Shown: in pieces, positions 15,888-24,749 of the stretch
Position numbering within the stretch: the first letter of the stretch is position 1
Layout of the letters: each line of letters begins with the position of its first letter
IMG/VR virus record: IMGVR_UViG_3300037499_000324
Coordinates: 1-28,645 of that record
Length of the DNA: 28,645 nt
Strand: one strand, 5' to 3'
DNA from: a virus
Taxonomy: Duplodnaviria; Caudoviricetes
Notes under the pieces: generated by a model
Database searches by the model: none
The model's input: the letters and a program-made list of their open reading frames with translations, nothing else
Told to the model about the DNA's origin: nothing
Position numbers and translations under genes: made by a program

Positions 15888-18307
15888 ACCGGCTCCGGCG
15901 ACTTTTGGAAGCCACCGGGACGGCGGAGGGGACGACAGAAAGCTTCTCAGACCCGACGAGCCTGAGCGGACAGGTCGAGGCCGTCCACCGCGCCTTCTCC
16001 GCAGCGTTCCCGAGCGACGACGACGGCCCCTACAACTACGTCGAGGAGGTGTACGACGACGCCGTCCTCGCCCGCATCGGCAAGGCCACCTTCTCCGTCC
16101 CCTACACCTACACCCCGGACGCCGACGACGCCGTCACCTTCGGCGAGCAGACCCGAGTCCGAGTCCAAATCGTCGCGGAGCCGGTCACCGAAGCCGCACC
16201 AGCGGGAGCGCCCGCCGGGACCGCGACCACACCGGCGGGCGCCCCGGAACGGTTCACGAGCGCCACGAACCTGGGCGGCACCATCCTCGAAAGCCTCGAC
16301 GAGGGCGAGGGCTGGGTGTGGCGAGTCACCCTCGTCCGCCCCGGCATCAGCCACAACGGCCGCCGGTACACGCCGGAGGTCCTGGGCGAAGCCATCCAGC
16401 TGTACGAGGGCGTCCGAGCCTTCGACGGCCACCGAGACCAGGCGGAGCGGAAGCGGAGCGCCATCGCCAACCTGGCCGGCCACTACGAGAACGTCCTCCA
16501 GGAGGGCGACGGCCGCCTCACCGCCGACTTCCGCATCAGCAGCGCCAGGGACGACATCCGCCAGCAGTTCCTGAGCGCCTGGAAGGCCCAACGCCCGAAC
16601 CTGTTCGGATTCAGCCACGACGTCAGCGCCTTCGCCGAAGCCGCCACCGTGGGAGGGCGCCGCATCAGCGACGTCCGGAAAATCGTCGAAGTCCACAGCG
16701 TGGACATCGTCGCCGACCCGTCAGCCGGCGGGCGGCTAGAGCGCCTCGTTGCATCGAGGCAAGAGGAGGACCCAATGGAACTCACTGACTTCCTCCGTCG
16801 CCTTCGCGCCGGGGAGCTCACCAGCGAGCAACTGACCGAGGCGTACGAGGCGCACCCCGAGTGGGAGCAGATCGCAGAAGCGATCGACGAGGCCCGCACC
16901 ACCGCGGGCGAACCCGCCGCGGGCGACCCGCCGGCGGCACCGACCCGAGTCCAGGAGGCCGGCGGCCTCGGCCAGACCATGGTCGGCCTGCTCGTCAGGG
17001 CCGCCACCGACGGCATGCCCGAGGCGGCCGTCACGCAGATCAGCGAAGCCCTCGCGGAGCGGGAGACCGTCACCGAGGAGGACATCACGACCCTCGTTGA
17101 GAGCACCAGAACCATCTGGGACGCCGCCCTCGCCGCCGCCCCGAGCCCGCTGCCGGGCCAGGGCAACGTCCAGGTCGGCCAGGAGGACGAGGAGAAGCGC
17201 CGCCACGCCCTCGACGCCATGATCGCGGGCGAACGCGAAGTGGAGGGCACCCCCGCCTTCCGGTCGCTGAAAGAGGCGTACGTCGCCTTCACCGGCCGCA
17301 ACCCCTACGCGATGGGCGAGGAGGACTTCAACAGGTGGATCCTCGCCGAAAGCGTCGGCGGCATCCCGTACGCCGGGGCGCAGAGGCTGAGCGAGTCGAT
17401 CGAGAGCGGCACCTGGGCCGAAGCGTTCGGCGACAGCATCCGCCGGCGCCTCGTCCGGGAGTACGCCCTCCCCGAGCTCAACGCGTGGCGCCAGATCGTC
17501 AGCGACATCGGCAACCTCACCGACTTCCGCACCAACCGGCGCGTGAGGATCGGCGGCTACGACGTCCTGCCGACCGTCGGCGAGGGAGCGCCCTACCAGC
17601 CGCTCACCAGCCCCGAGGACGAGGAAGCCACCTACGCCCCGACGAAGAAGGGAGGCACCGAGGACTGGACACTCGAGGCCATCGCCAACGACGACCTGAC
17701 CAGCCTGCGGAAGATCCCCCGCTCGCTGGGCCGGGCGGCAGCCCTCACCCTCTACCGGGCGATCTTCAACACGACCATCGCTGGCAACGCGACGGTCTAC
17801 GACAGCGTCGCCCTCTTCCACGACGGCAGCCACGCCAACGACAACGCGACGACCCCCCTCGCCGAGGCGGGCATCGCGCTGCTCCGCCAGCGCATGGTCC
17901 GCCAGAAGCAGCAGGGCGAGGACTCAGGGTTCATCGGCATCACGCCGAGGTTCCTCCTCACCCCGCCCGAGCTCTACGTGACGGCCTTCAAGCTGACACG
18001 GAGCAACGTGGCCGTCGTCGGCAGCGACGAGAACGCGACGACCCCGAACCCCTGGCAGGGCCTGATGCCGATCGAAGTGCCGACGTTCACCGACACGGAC
18101 GACTGGTTCCTGGTCGCCGACCCGGCGAGCGTGGAGACCATCGAGGTCGGCTTCTACCAGGGCCGCCAGGAGCCCGAACTGTTCGTCCAGGACCAGCCCA
18201 ACGTGGGCGCCGTGTTCACAGCGGACAAGTTCACCTGGAAGATCCGCCACATCTGGGGCCTCGCAGTCATCGACTACCGCGGCTTCCAGCGAGGCGTCGG
18301 CTCATAG
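15884..18307 (+). CDS. Prohead protease-scaffold-major capsid fusion (Mu gpT-like capsid)
   Basis: Protease-like GISHNGRRY..AFDGH..GFSH..SVDIVADPSAGG, an acidic helical linker, and a capsid C-terminus PRFLLTPPEL...WFLVADP..IEVGFYQGRQEPELF...KIRHIWGLAVIDYRG. Confidence 0.88.
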   Translation: MNRLRRLLEATGTAEGTTESFSDPTSLSGQVEAVHRAFSAAFPSDDDGPYNYVEEVYDDAVLARIGKATFSVPYTYTPDADDAVTFGEQTRVRVQIVAEPVTEAAPAGAPAGTATTPAGAPERFTSATNLGGTILESLDEGEGWVWRVTLVRPGISHNGRRYTPEVLGEAIQLYEGVRAFDGHRDQAERKRSAIANLAGHYENVLQEGDGRLTADFRISSARDDIRQQFLSAWKAQRPNLFGFSHDVSAFAEAATVGGRRISDVRKIVEVHSVDIVADPSAGGRLERLVASRQEEDPMELTDFLRRLRAGELTSEQLTEAYEAHPEWEQIAEAIDEARTTAGEPAAGDPPAAPTRVQEAGGLGQTMVGLLVRAATDGMPEAAVTQISEALAERETVTEEDITTLVESTRTIWDAALAAAPSPLPGQGNVQVGQEDEEKRRHALDAMIAGEREVEGTPAFRSLKEAYVAFTGRNPYAMGEEDFNRWILAESVGGIPYAGAQRLSESIESGTWAEAFGDSIRRRLVREYALPELNAWRQIVSDIGNLTDFRTNRRVRIGGYDVLPTVGEGAPYQPLTSPEDEEATYAPTKKGGTEDWTLEAIANDDLTSLRKIPRSLGRAAALTLYRAIFNTTIAGNATVYDSVALFHDGSHANDNATTPLAEAGIALLRQRMVRQKQQGEDSGFIGITPRFLLTPPELYVTAFKLTRSNVAVVGSDENATTPNPWQGLMPIEVPTFTDTDDWFLVADPASVETIEVGFYQGRQEPELFVQDQPNVGAVFTADKFTWKIRHIWGLAVIDYRGFQRGVGS

Positions 18308-18322
18308 GACCCAGAGGAGCGA

Positions 18323-18345
18323 GGGGCCCCGACACCAGGGGCCCC
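18323..18345. other. Hairpin/direct repeat after the capsid gene
   Basis: GGGGCCCC-gacacca-GGGGCCCC (self-complementary 8-mers); possible partial terminator or mRNA stabiliser. Confidence 0.4.
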
Positions 18346-18371
18346 GACCCCCTCCCACAGAGGAGAACCAC

Positions 18372-18782
18372 ATGACACAACTCAAGGACCTCTCCGGGTC
18401 CCACAAGGTCACCACCCGCATCCCCGTCGCCGGGGCCACCGCCGGCACCGACTTCGAGGTGGCCGCCTTCCGGGCGCCCTTCAACCTCACCATCACGGCA
18501 GCCCGCTACCTGCCCAACGCGGACCTCACCGGCGTCACCGCCACCGAGGCGACGCTGGCAGTGGTCAACAAGGGAGCCCTCGGAGCGGGCACCGCCGTAG
18601 CGGCGAGCGTCAGCTTCGACGACGACACCGACGCCGTCGACTTCATCCCCCTCGACCTGACGCTGGGCGCCGGCGTCAACGTCGACGCCGGCCACGTGGT
18701 GACCATCCGGAAGACCCACACGTCGACCGGCCTCGCCCTCAGCGGCGACGTCGAAATCGAGTTCGTCAACCGCGGGGCGTAG
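18372..18782 (+). CDS. Probable capsid decoration/minor structural protein
   Basis: 136 aa, beta-rich, strong SD AGAGGAG, directly after the capsid gene. Confidence 0.6.
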   Translation: MTQLKDLSGSHKVTTRIPVAGATAGTDFEVAAFRAPFNLTITAARYLPNADLTGVTATEATLAVVNKGALGAGTAVAASVSFDDDTDAVDFIPLDLTLGAGVNVDAGHVVTIRKTHTSTGLALSGDVEIEFVNRGA

Positions 18783-18888
18783 ACCCCCCACGAAGTAGAG
18801 TCACACCGCCGGTGGCAGCCAGCAGCAGCCGAACCACTACTCGGCCTCCCAGCGGCCGGCCGCCACCGGCACTAGCGTGGACCCCGCC

Positions 18889-19620
18889 ATGACGTGGAGC
18901 CGCCAGCAGTACGAGGACGCCATCCGAGCCCACCTGGGCGACCTCGGCGTCCTCCAACACATCGACGACACCCGCATCCCCCTCGCCCTCCGCCGGGCGC
19001 TCGCCACCTTCTCGAAGGACAAGCCGAGGGTCACGACCGCAGCCCTCGACGGGACCGGCACCGCCCGCACCTTCGACCTGACAGCGGAGGCGGACTGGCA
19101 GACCGGGTGGAGCCGGGTCGAAACCGTCGAACACCCGACCGGCCAGATCCCGAAGGACTACCTCGACAGCCACACGTGGGAGGTCGACGACGAGACCGGC
19201 ACCATCACCTTCAACGAGGCGCCCGCAGCCGGCACCGGCAACCTCAGAGTCCGCTACACGACGACCTGGCCGATGCCCGACGACGACCCGAGCGACGACA
19301 CGGCCCCCCTCCACGACGTGTTCGCCGAGGCGATCGCCGAGCTTGCCGCATCGATCATCATCCGGGGCGTCGCCAACGAGTACGCCCGCCAACAGTCGAC
19401 GAGCGTCCAGGGCAACCTCTACGTGCGGAACCCGACCGACCTTTACGCCGCGGCCGGCAGCCTGAAGAAGGCGTACGAGGAGACGGTCCTGGGCCGCCCG
19501 GCCGGCGCGGGGACGGCGAGCGCAGTCGCCATTGCAGTCACCGACGTCGACGTCTTCCCCGACAGCCTCTTCCACACCCGCCAGGAAACCCTGGACGAGG
19601 AGGACGCCTTCTCCGCCTGA
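18889..19620 (+). CDS. Probable head-tail adaptor
   Basis: Position, plus N-terminal helices, a central beta insert and a helical C-terminus (LAASIIIRGVANEYA). ATG 18889 follows a TAGCGT box. Confidence 0.6.
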   Translation: MTWSRQQYEDAIRAHLGDLGVLQHIDDTRIPLALRRALATFSKDKPRVTTAALDGTGTARTFDLTAEADWQTGWSRVETVEHPTGQIPKDYLDSHTWEVDDETGTITFNEAPAAGTGNLRVRYTTTWPMPDDDPSDDTAPLHDVFAEAIAELAASIIIRGVANEYARQQSTSVQGNLYVRNPTDLYAAAGSLKKAYEETVLGRPAGAGTASAVAIAVTDVDVFPDSLFHTRQETLDEEDAFSA

Positions 19621-19663
19621 GAAAGCCGGGAGGCAGCCGCCGACCGCTCTAGGCTTCCCACCC

Positions 19664-20374
19664 ATGCGAAACCACTCCGCCCTCGCCCCCGCCGGCGACG
19701 TAGCCCTCCGGGTCATCCGCCCGGCACCGGCCGCGGCGAGCCCCGGCCACGAGCTCACCCTCCCCGAGGTTCTCCGGTACGCCAGCCCGGCGAGAGGGGA
19801 GCACCCCGAGACGAACGCGTGGAGGGCGGCGAACACTCGACACATCCTGCGGGGCGTCCGCCGGCAGGGAGCAGCCCGGGCGGCAGCCCGAGCCCTCGGC
19901 CTCCCCTACATGTGGAGCCAACTGTGGCTGGCGAAGACGACCGCCGCCGGCCAACGCTTCGACCTCGGCCTCGCGGGCGTGCGCGTGGTGACGACCGCCG
20001 GCGTCGGCTTCCTCGTCGACGCCCTCCAGGGCAGCGTGGAGCCGGAACTCCTCCGCTTTCACGGCCTCGGGGAGGGGACGACCGCCGAGAACAGCGCCGA
20101 CACCGACCTGGAGACCGAACTCACCACCGAGTACGCCAGCGACAACACGCGGGCGACCGGCACCCTCGCCGAGGGCGCCACCGCCAACATCTTCCAGACG
20201 GTCGCGACGAACACGGTCGACGCCGCAGCCGCCGTCACCGAGCACGGCATCCTGTCCGACGCCGACGTAGGCCAGGGCGTCCTCCTCGACCGGACCGTGT
20301 TCGCAGTGGTGAACCTCGCCGACGGCGACAGCCTCGAGTCGACCTACGAGCTCACCCTGACGGCGGGCAGCTAG
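19664..20374 (+). CDS. Virion structural protein
   Basis: VVTTAG..FL, HGLGEGTTAENSADTDLETE and VTEHGI..LLDRTVFAVVNL resemble fibre/baseplate-type beta domains. Leaderless ATG at 19664. Confidence 0.65.
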   Translation: MRNHSALAPAGDVALRVIRPAPAAASPGHELTLPEVLRYASPARGEHPETNAWRAANTRHILRGVRRQGAARAAARALGLPYMWSQLWLAKTTAAGQRFDLGLAGVRVVTTAGVGFLVDALQGSVEPELLRFHGLGEGTTAENSADTDLETELTTEYASDNTRATGTLAEGATANIFQTVATNTVDAAAAVTEHGILSDADVGQGVLLDRTVFAVVNLADGDSLESTYELTLTAGS

Positions 20375-20376
20375 AC

Positions 20377-20529
20377 ATGGCAGCGAAGGCGAAGACGAGG
20401 GCAGTCACCTGCGGCGCCTGCGGGCACAAGACCCGCACCCGGAACCACGCCGAACGGCCGCAAACCTGGGAGTGCCCGGCCTGCCACGCGCCGAACGTCA
20501 TCGAGGCCAAGACCGCCGCGACGAAGTAG
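20377..20529 (+). CDS. Zinc-ribbon protein
   Basis: VTCGACG...WECPACHAPN. Confidence 0.7.
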   Translation: MAAKAKTRAVTCGACGHKTRTRNHAERPQTWECPACHAPNVIEAKTAATK

Positions 20530-20539
20530 GGACCCCGCA

Positions 20540-21031
20540 ATGCCGGAGGTCGCCTTCCCGCCGGGCCGTTTCTTCCGCACCGGATACCGGGTATTCGTCG
20601 ACGACGGCAGCATCATCAAGACCGTCGACAACCCGCACTACCCGCGGGGCGAGACGGCGAGGGACCCGCTGACCGCAGCGGAGGCCGGCGAGCTCACCAT
20701 CAGCCGCCACCGGTTCGAACTCACCGTCATAGGCGACGGCGCCTGGGTCGACGAACCCGACCCCGAGGACCCGACACAGACCATCCGCCGCCTCGACGGC
20801 GTCGTCATCGGCTACGACTGGAAGGCCCGAGACGTCGCCGCCCGGGAGGAGATCAAGATCAGCCTCCACGTGCGGGGCGCCGTCCGCACCGAGCAGACGA
20901 AGACCGGCCTCGAAGGCCAAGTCCGCTTCCCGCCCCAGGACCGGAGGCCACCGGAGGACATCGCCATCGGCGTCGAATGGCGACAGAGGCCGAGCCGGAC
21001 CCCAACCCGGACGCCGGCGAGGGACCGCTAG
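20540..21031 (+). CDS. Hypothetical protein
   Basis: 163-aa ORF with typical codon usage. Confidence 0.75.
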   Translation: MPEVAFPPGRFFRTGYRVFVDDGSIIKTVDNPHYPRGETARDPLTAAEAGELTISRHRFELTVIGDGAWVDEPDPEDPTQTIRRLDGVVIGYDWKARDVAAREEIKISLHVRGAVRTEQTKTGLEGQVRFPPQDRRPPEDIAIGVEWRQRPSRTPTRTPARDR

Positions 21032-23026
21032 GTGGCCGCCCCCGAACTCGTCACCGCCGACACGCAGAACGGCGGGGCCGTCAGCGGCACGTCGGCGACA
21101 GTGCCCAAGCCGACCAACCTGGCGAACGGCGACGTCGCCTGGGTGAGCACCTGCATGTGCTTCGACGGCGGCGACATGATGCTCCCCACCGGCTTCGTCG
21201 AGGTGTTCGCCTTCTCGAACTCCACCCCCGCCGACCACCAGATCGCCGGCTACAAGGTGATCACCGACGCCGCAGGCGAGCCCGCCAACTACGTGACCAC
21301 CGTCGACACCAGCCAGACCCGACTCGTCTCGGCGTCGGCCCGGATCACCGGCTGCGACCTCACCGACCCGATCGACGTGTTCGCCACCGACGGCGCCGGA
21401 TCGTCCAACGCCATCCCCCAAGTCACCACCACCGTCGACGAGACGCTCCTCCTGGCGACGGTCTACGTCCGCACCGGAGGCACCCCCGCCACGTTCACGC
21501 CGCCGTCCGGGTTCGCCGAGGAGTGGGACTTCTTCTTCGGCGCCGGCGGCCTCAACGTCACCGGGTCGGGCCCGCGCCTCTCCCACGGCGGAGCGACCGA
21601 CGAGAAGGCCACGGCGGGCCTGACCGCGACCGGCACGTACGCCGACACCTCGGCGAGCAGCCCACTCCTCCGCACCCAAGTAGCGTTTCAGCCGGGAGGC
21701 GGAGGCACCCTCTTCGAGGAGGCGATGGCCGGAGCGGTCACGCCCGCGGCCGCGCTCGCACGCGAGGCCCACCTTCACCGAGGCGGCAGCGTCGGCCCGA
21801 CCGGAGCAGCGCAGAGGACGACGACGAAGACCCCGGCGGGGACGGCAACACCCGCAGGGACGGCGACCCGGGAGACGGCCAAACGGCACGCCGGAGCGGC
21901 CACCCCCGCCGGCGGCGAACAGCACACCCCGCAACTCACCCGAGGCGGCACCGTCACCCCGGCGGGGACGGCAACACGGACCGCAGAGAAGACCCACACC
22001 GCCACCCTCGGAAGTGCGGCCGCACTTCGCCGGACGACCGCCAAGCCGACAGCGGGGACGGTCACCCCGACGAGCCTGCTCGCCACGACCAAACGGAAGC
22101 TGCTGGCCATCGCCGCCGCCCTCGGCCTCGCCGGCAACGTTTCACGTGAAACACGCCAGCCCCACACCGCCACCCTGAGCCCAGCAGGAACCCTCCGCCG
22201 CGACCTCGCCCAACTCCTCGACAGCAGCATCACCCCGACGGGAGACACCACGAGGGCGACGGCAGCGAGCCACGAGGGGACGGCAGGACCCGCGGGGAAC
22301 GTTTCACGTGAAACAGCCACGAGACCGGCGGGGACGATCACCCCGACGGGAACAGCAGCGAGGACGGCGAGGACCGCCATCGCGGGCGCCCTCGCGGGCG
22401 CGGGCGCCCTGGCGCGGAGGACGGCGAAGACCCTCGCGGGAGCGGCCGGCGCCGCCGGGACCGTGGCCACCGAACTCACCGGCACCATCCAACAGCTGCT
22501 CGAGGGCGTCCTGGGAGCGGCGGGAGCGCTCCGGAGGCGGACCAGCAAGGCGCAGACGGGAACCGTGGCACCAGCGGGCGCCCAGGGGCCCACAACCGTC
22601 GCACAGGCCCACCAGGGGACCGTAGAGCCGGCCGGGGCGGCAACAACCACCAGAACAGTCGCCCGCCTCGTACAGGGAGCCCTAGCGGCCGCAGCGACGC
22701 TTGTGAGACGGGCGGGGAAGCGGACGGAGGGGACGGCGGCCCCGGCGAGCACGCTCACGAGGACGACGAGAGCGGCCAGGGCGAGCACCCTCGACGTAGC
22801 AGGCCACCTGACGAAGACCGCAGCGAAGGCCCTCGCAGGCGCGGCCGCCGCGGCCGGCAGCCTCGCCCGCCAGGTGTTCGACTTCGTCGCGCCGCCCATC
22901 GCGGCCCGCATCCCCCACCAGGGCCGGCCGACACAGACGGTGCCGAGCCCGACGACGCCGCCGGTGCCGGGCGCCGGGACGGAGGCGACGGTGCCGCACC
23001 AGGGCAACGACGGCGGACCCGTCTAG
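21032..23026 (+). CDS. Fibre-like structural protein: N-terminal beta domain plus long Ala/Thr/Gly/Arg degenerate repeats
   Basis: About 230-aa globular N-terminus, then recurring GT.TPAG...R.T.K units of about 18 aa. Confidence 0.7.
   Translation: MAAPELVTADTQNGGAVSGTSATVPKPTNLANGDVAWVSTCMCFDGGDMMLPTGFVEVFAFSNSTPADHQIAGYKVITDAAGEPANYVTTVDTSQTRLVSASARITGCDLTDPIDVFATDGAGSSNAIPQVTTTVDETLLLATVYVRTGGTPATFTPPSGFAEEWDFFFGAGGLNVTGSGPRLSHGGATDEKATAGLTATGTYADTSASSPLLRTQVAFQPGGGGTLFEEAMAGAVTPAAALAREAHLHRGGSVGPTGAAQRTTTKTPAGTATPAGTATRETAKRHAGAATPAGGEQHTPQLTRGGTVTPAGTATRTAEKTHTATLGSAAALRRTTAKPTAGTVTPTSLLATTKRKLLAIAAALGLAGNVSRETRQPHTATLSPAGTLRRDLAQLLDSSITPTGDTTRATAASHEGTAGPAGNVSRETATRPAGTITPTGTAARTARTAIAGALAGAGALARRTAKTLAGAAGAAGTVATELTGTIQQLLEGVLGAAGALRRRTSKAQTGTVAPAGAQGPTTVAQAHQGTVEPAGAATTTRTVARLVQGALAAAATLVRRAGKRTEGTAAPASTLTRTTRAARASTLDVAGHLTKTAAKALAGAAAAAGSLARQVFDFVAPPIAARIPHQGRPTQTVPSPTTPPVPGAGTEATVPHQGNDGGPV
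22139..22152. promoter_or_regulatory. parS: parS site 1
   Basis: Perfect palindrome GTTTCACGTGAAAC; 15/16 match to the consensus TGTTTCACGTGAAACA. Confidence 0.85.
22301..22314. promoter_or_regulatory. parS: parS site 2
   Basis: Second identical GTTTCACGTGAAAC, 162 bp downstream. Confidence 0.85.
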
Positions 23027-23037
23027 CATCCCCACCC

Positions 23038-23385
23038 ATGACCCAGGCGATCGCGAACCTCGGCGAGATCGGCCTCGCCGGCACCGGCACCCTCCGCCCC
23101 TTCGACCTCACCCTCCAGCGGGGCGGCACCACCTGGGTGCTGAACGGCTACACGGACCCGACGATCGTCGCCTGGCGGCTGGAGACAAGGGAGGCGCTCG
23201 CCGCCCCGGGCACCGTCGCCGTCCAGGACGCGGCGGAGGGCGTCGTCCGCTGGACGCCGGGCGCGGACGTCGCCGCCGAGAGCGGCACCTTCGAGGGCCG
23301 GGTGCTGGCCACCCCGAGCGGCGGCGGCACCCCGGAGCCGAGCGGCGTGTTCCGCTGGTCGATCGGAGCGGGAGCGAACCCGTGA
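23038..23385 (+). CDS. BppU N-terminal-like Ig-fold structural protein
   Basis: GTLRPFDLTL...VQDAAEGVVRWTP..DVAAESGTFEG pattern; leaderless start. Confidence 0.55.
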   Translation: MTQAIANLGEIGLAGTGTLRPFDLTLQRGGTTWVLNGYTDPTIVAWRLETREALAAPGTVAVQDAAEGVVRWTPGADVAAESGTFEGRVLATPSGGGTPEPSGVFRWSIGAGANP

Positions 23386-23531
23386 TCACCCTCCTCCGAC
23401 CCGTCGACCCGGACAAGCCGATCCGCATCAGCAACGCCACCGCCGTCGAAATGGAGGAGCCGCCGCCGGCGTGGTTCACCGAACAGGCAGCCTTCATCAT
23501 CGAGACCGGCAACGTCGAGGTGGACGAGTGA
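23382..23531 (+). CDS. Small hypothetical protein (49 aa, not in the ORF track)
   Basis: MITLLRPVDPDKPIRISNATAVEMEEPPPAWFTEQAAFIIETGNVEVDE; GTGA overlaps at both ends. Confidence 0.65.
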   Translation: MITLLRPVDPDKPIRISNATAVEMEEPPPAWFTEQAAFIIETGNVEVDE

Positions 23532-24022
23532 AGATCCAGGCCCGCATCGTCCCCAACCGGTTCCCCGACGACGCCCGCCGAGCGGCGAAGATCACCCCCC
23601 TCCTCCTCACCGGCCTGGTCGAGGAGGTCCTGCACCGGGGCCGGACGAACATTGTCAGGCGGACGCCGGTCGGGTGGAGCGGCCAACTCCGCAACGCCTA
23701 CCAGGTCGAAGTGCGAGGCCGGGGCACCCGCCACATTCGGGGAGCGATCACGAACCCGACGAAATACCACGACGCCGCGGAGGACGGCCGACGGGCGGGA
23801 CGGCCGCCACCGGTCGACGCCCTCATCCCCTGGGTCGGGTCGAAGCTAGGCATCCCCCCCGGCCCCGAACGAGAGAGCGTCGCCTTCCTCGTCGCCCGGA
23901 AGATCGGCCGGCAGGGCACCGAGGGCGCCCACCAGGTCCGCGACGGCTGGGAGGAAACCCGCCACGAGATCAGACCCCGCCTGAAAGCGTTGGGCGTCCG
24001 CATCGTCAGGACGATGAAGTGA
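23528..24022 (+). CDS. HK97 gp10-like tail completion/neck protein
   Basis: RTPVGWSGQLRNAY, EDGRRAGRPPP and ARKIGRQGT; basic protein. Confidence 0.7.
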   Translation: MKIQARIVPNRFPDDARRAAKITPLLLTGLVEEVLHRGRTNIVRRTPVGWSGQLRNAYQVEVRGRGTRHIRGAITNPTKYHDAAEDGRRAGRPPPVDALIPWVGSKLGIPPGPERESVAFLVARKIGRQGTEGAHQVRDGWEETRHEIRPRLKALGVRIVRTMK

Positions 24023-24528
24023 CAGCGAGCAGCGAATACGACGGCCAGGTGACCGCCATCCGGACGACGCTCCTCACCGTCGAAGGCATCGGCAGGGTCC
24101 ACGACCGGCCCCGCCTCGGCGACTTTCGGGAACGCTGGGTCGTCGAACTTGCCGGCGTCCCCGAAATCCGAGCCTGGGAAATCCAGACGGGCAACACCCG
24201 CACCGTCCGCAGGGAGCAGGGCCGCCGCCACCGCTACCGCGAATGGCAGGTCAACGGCATGGTCGGCCTCGCCGACCTCCCCCTCGAGGACAGCGAGAAC
24301 CCGACCGGCGACAGCAACCTCGACGCAAGCTGGCACACCATCAACCGCCTCGCCGGCGAAGCGGCGGACGCCGTCGACGCCGCCCGGGAGGCCTGGGTCG
24401 CCGCCGAGCTCTTCATCGAAACCGAACCGACGGAGACGGCCGAGCCGACAGTCATCCAGATCGGCGGCGGACCGATCTGCTGGGGAACGACCCTCACGAT
24501 CCGCGGCTACACGATCCTCACCCCGTAG
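24019..24528 (+). CDS. Probable tail terminator
   Basis: Position before the tail tube; AIRTTLLTVEGIGRVHDR N-terminus. Confidence 0.55.
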   Translation: MTASSEYDGQVTAIRTTLLTVEGIGRVHDRPRLGDFRERWVVELAGVPEIRAWEIQTGNTRTVRREQGRRHRYREWQVNGMVGLADLPLEDSENPTGDSNLDASWHTINRLAGEAADAVDAAREAWVAAELFIETEPTETAEPTVIQIGGGPICWGTTLTIRGYTILTP

Positions 24529-24539
24529 ACTCCCGGCCC

Positions 24540-24743
24540 ATGACACGCAAGGCCACATGGATCGGGCCCGACCGGAGCATCCGCCTCCAGGGCCAACCCG
24601 CCCGCCTCATCAAGAGGGGCGACGAGTTCACCATCGCCACCGGCGAGACCGTCGGCGGGGAGGGGAAACTCTGGAAGGCGCAGGCGGCCAAGAAGCCGAC
24701 CGGCAAGAAAGCCGACACCACCCCGACGACACCCGAGGAGTAG
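24540..24743 (+). CDS. Small basic protein
   Basis: MTRKATWIGPD...IKRGDEF; leaderless ATG after TAGACT. Confidence 0.7.
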   Translation: MTRKATWIGPDRSIRLQGQPARLIKRGDEFTIATGETVGGEGKLWKAQAAKKPTGKKADTTPTTPEE

Positions 24744-24749
24744 CACCCG

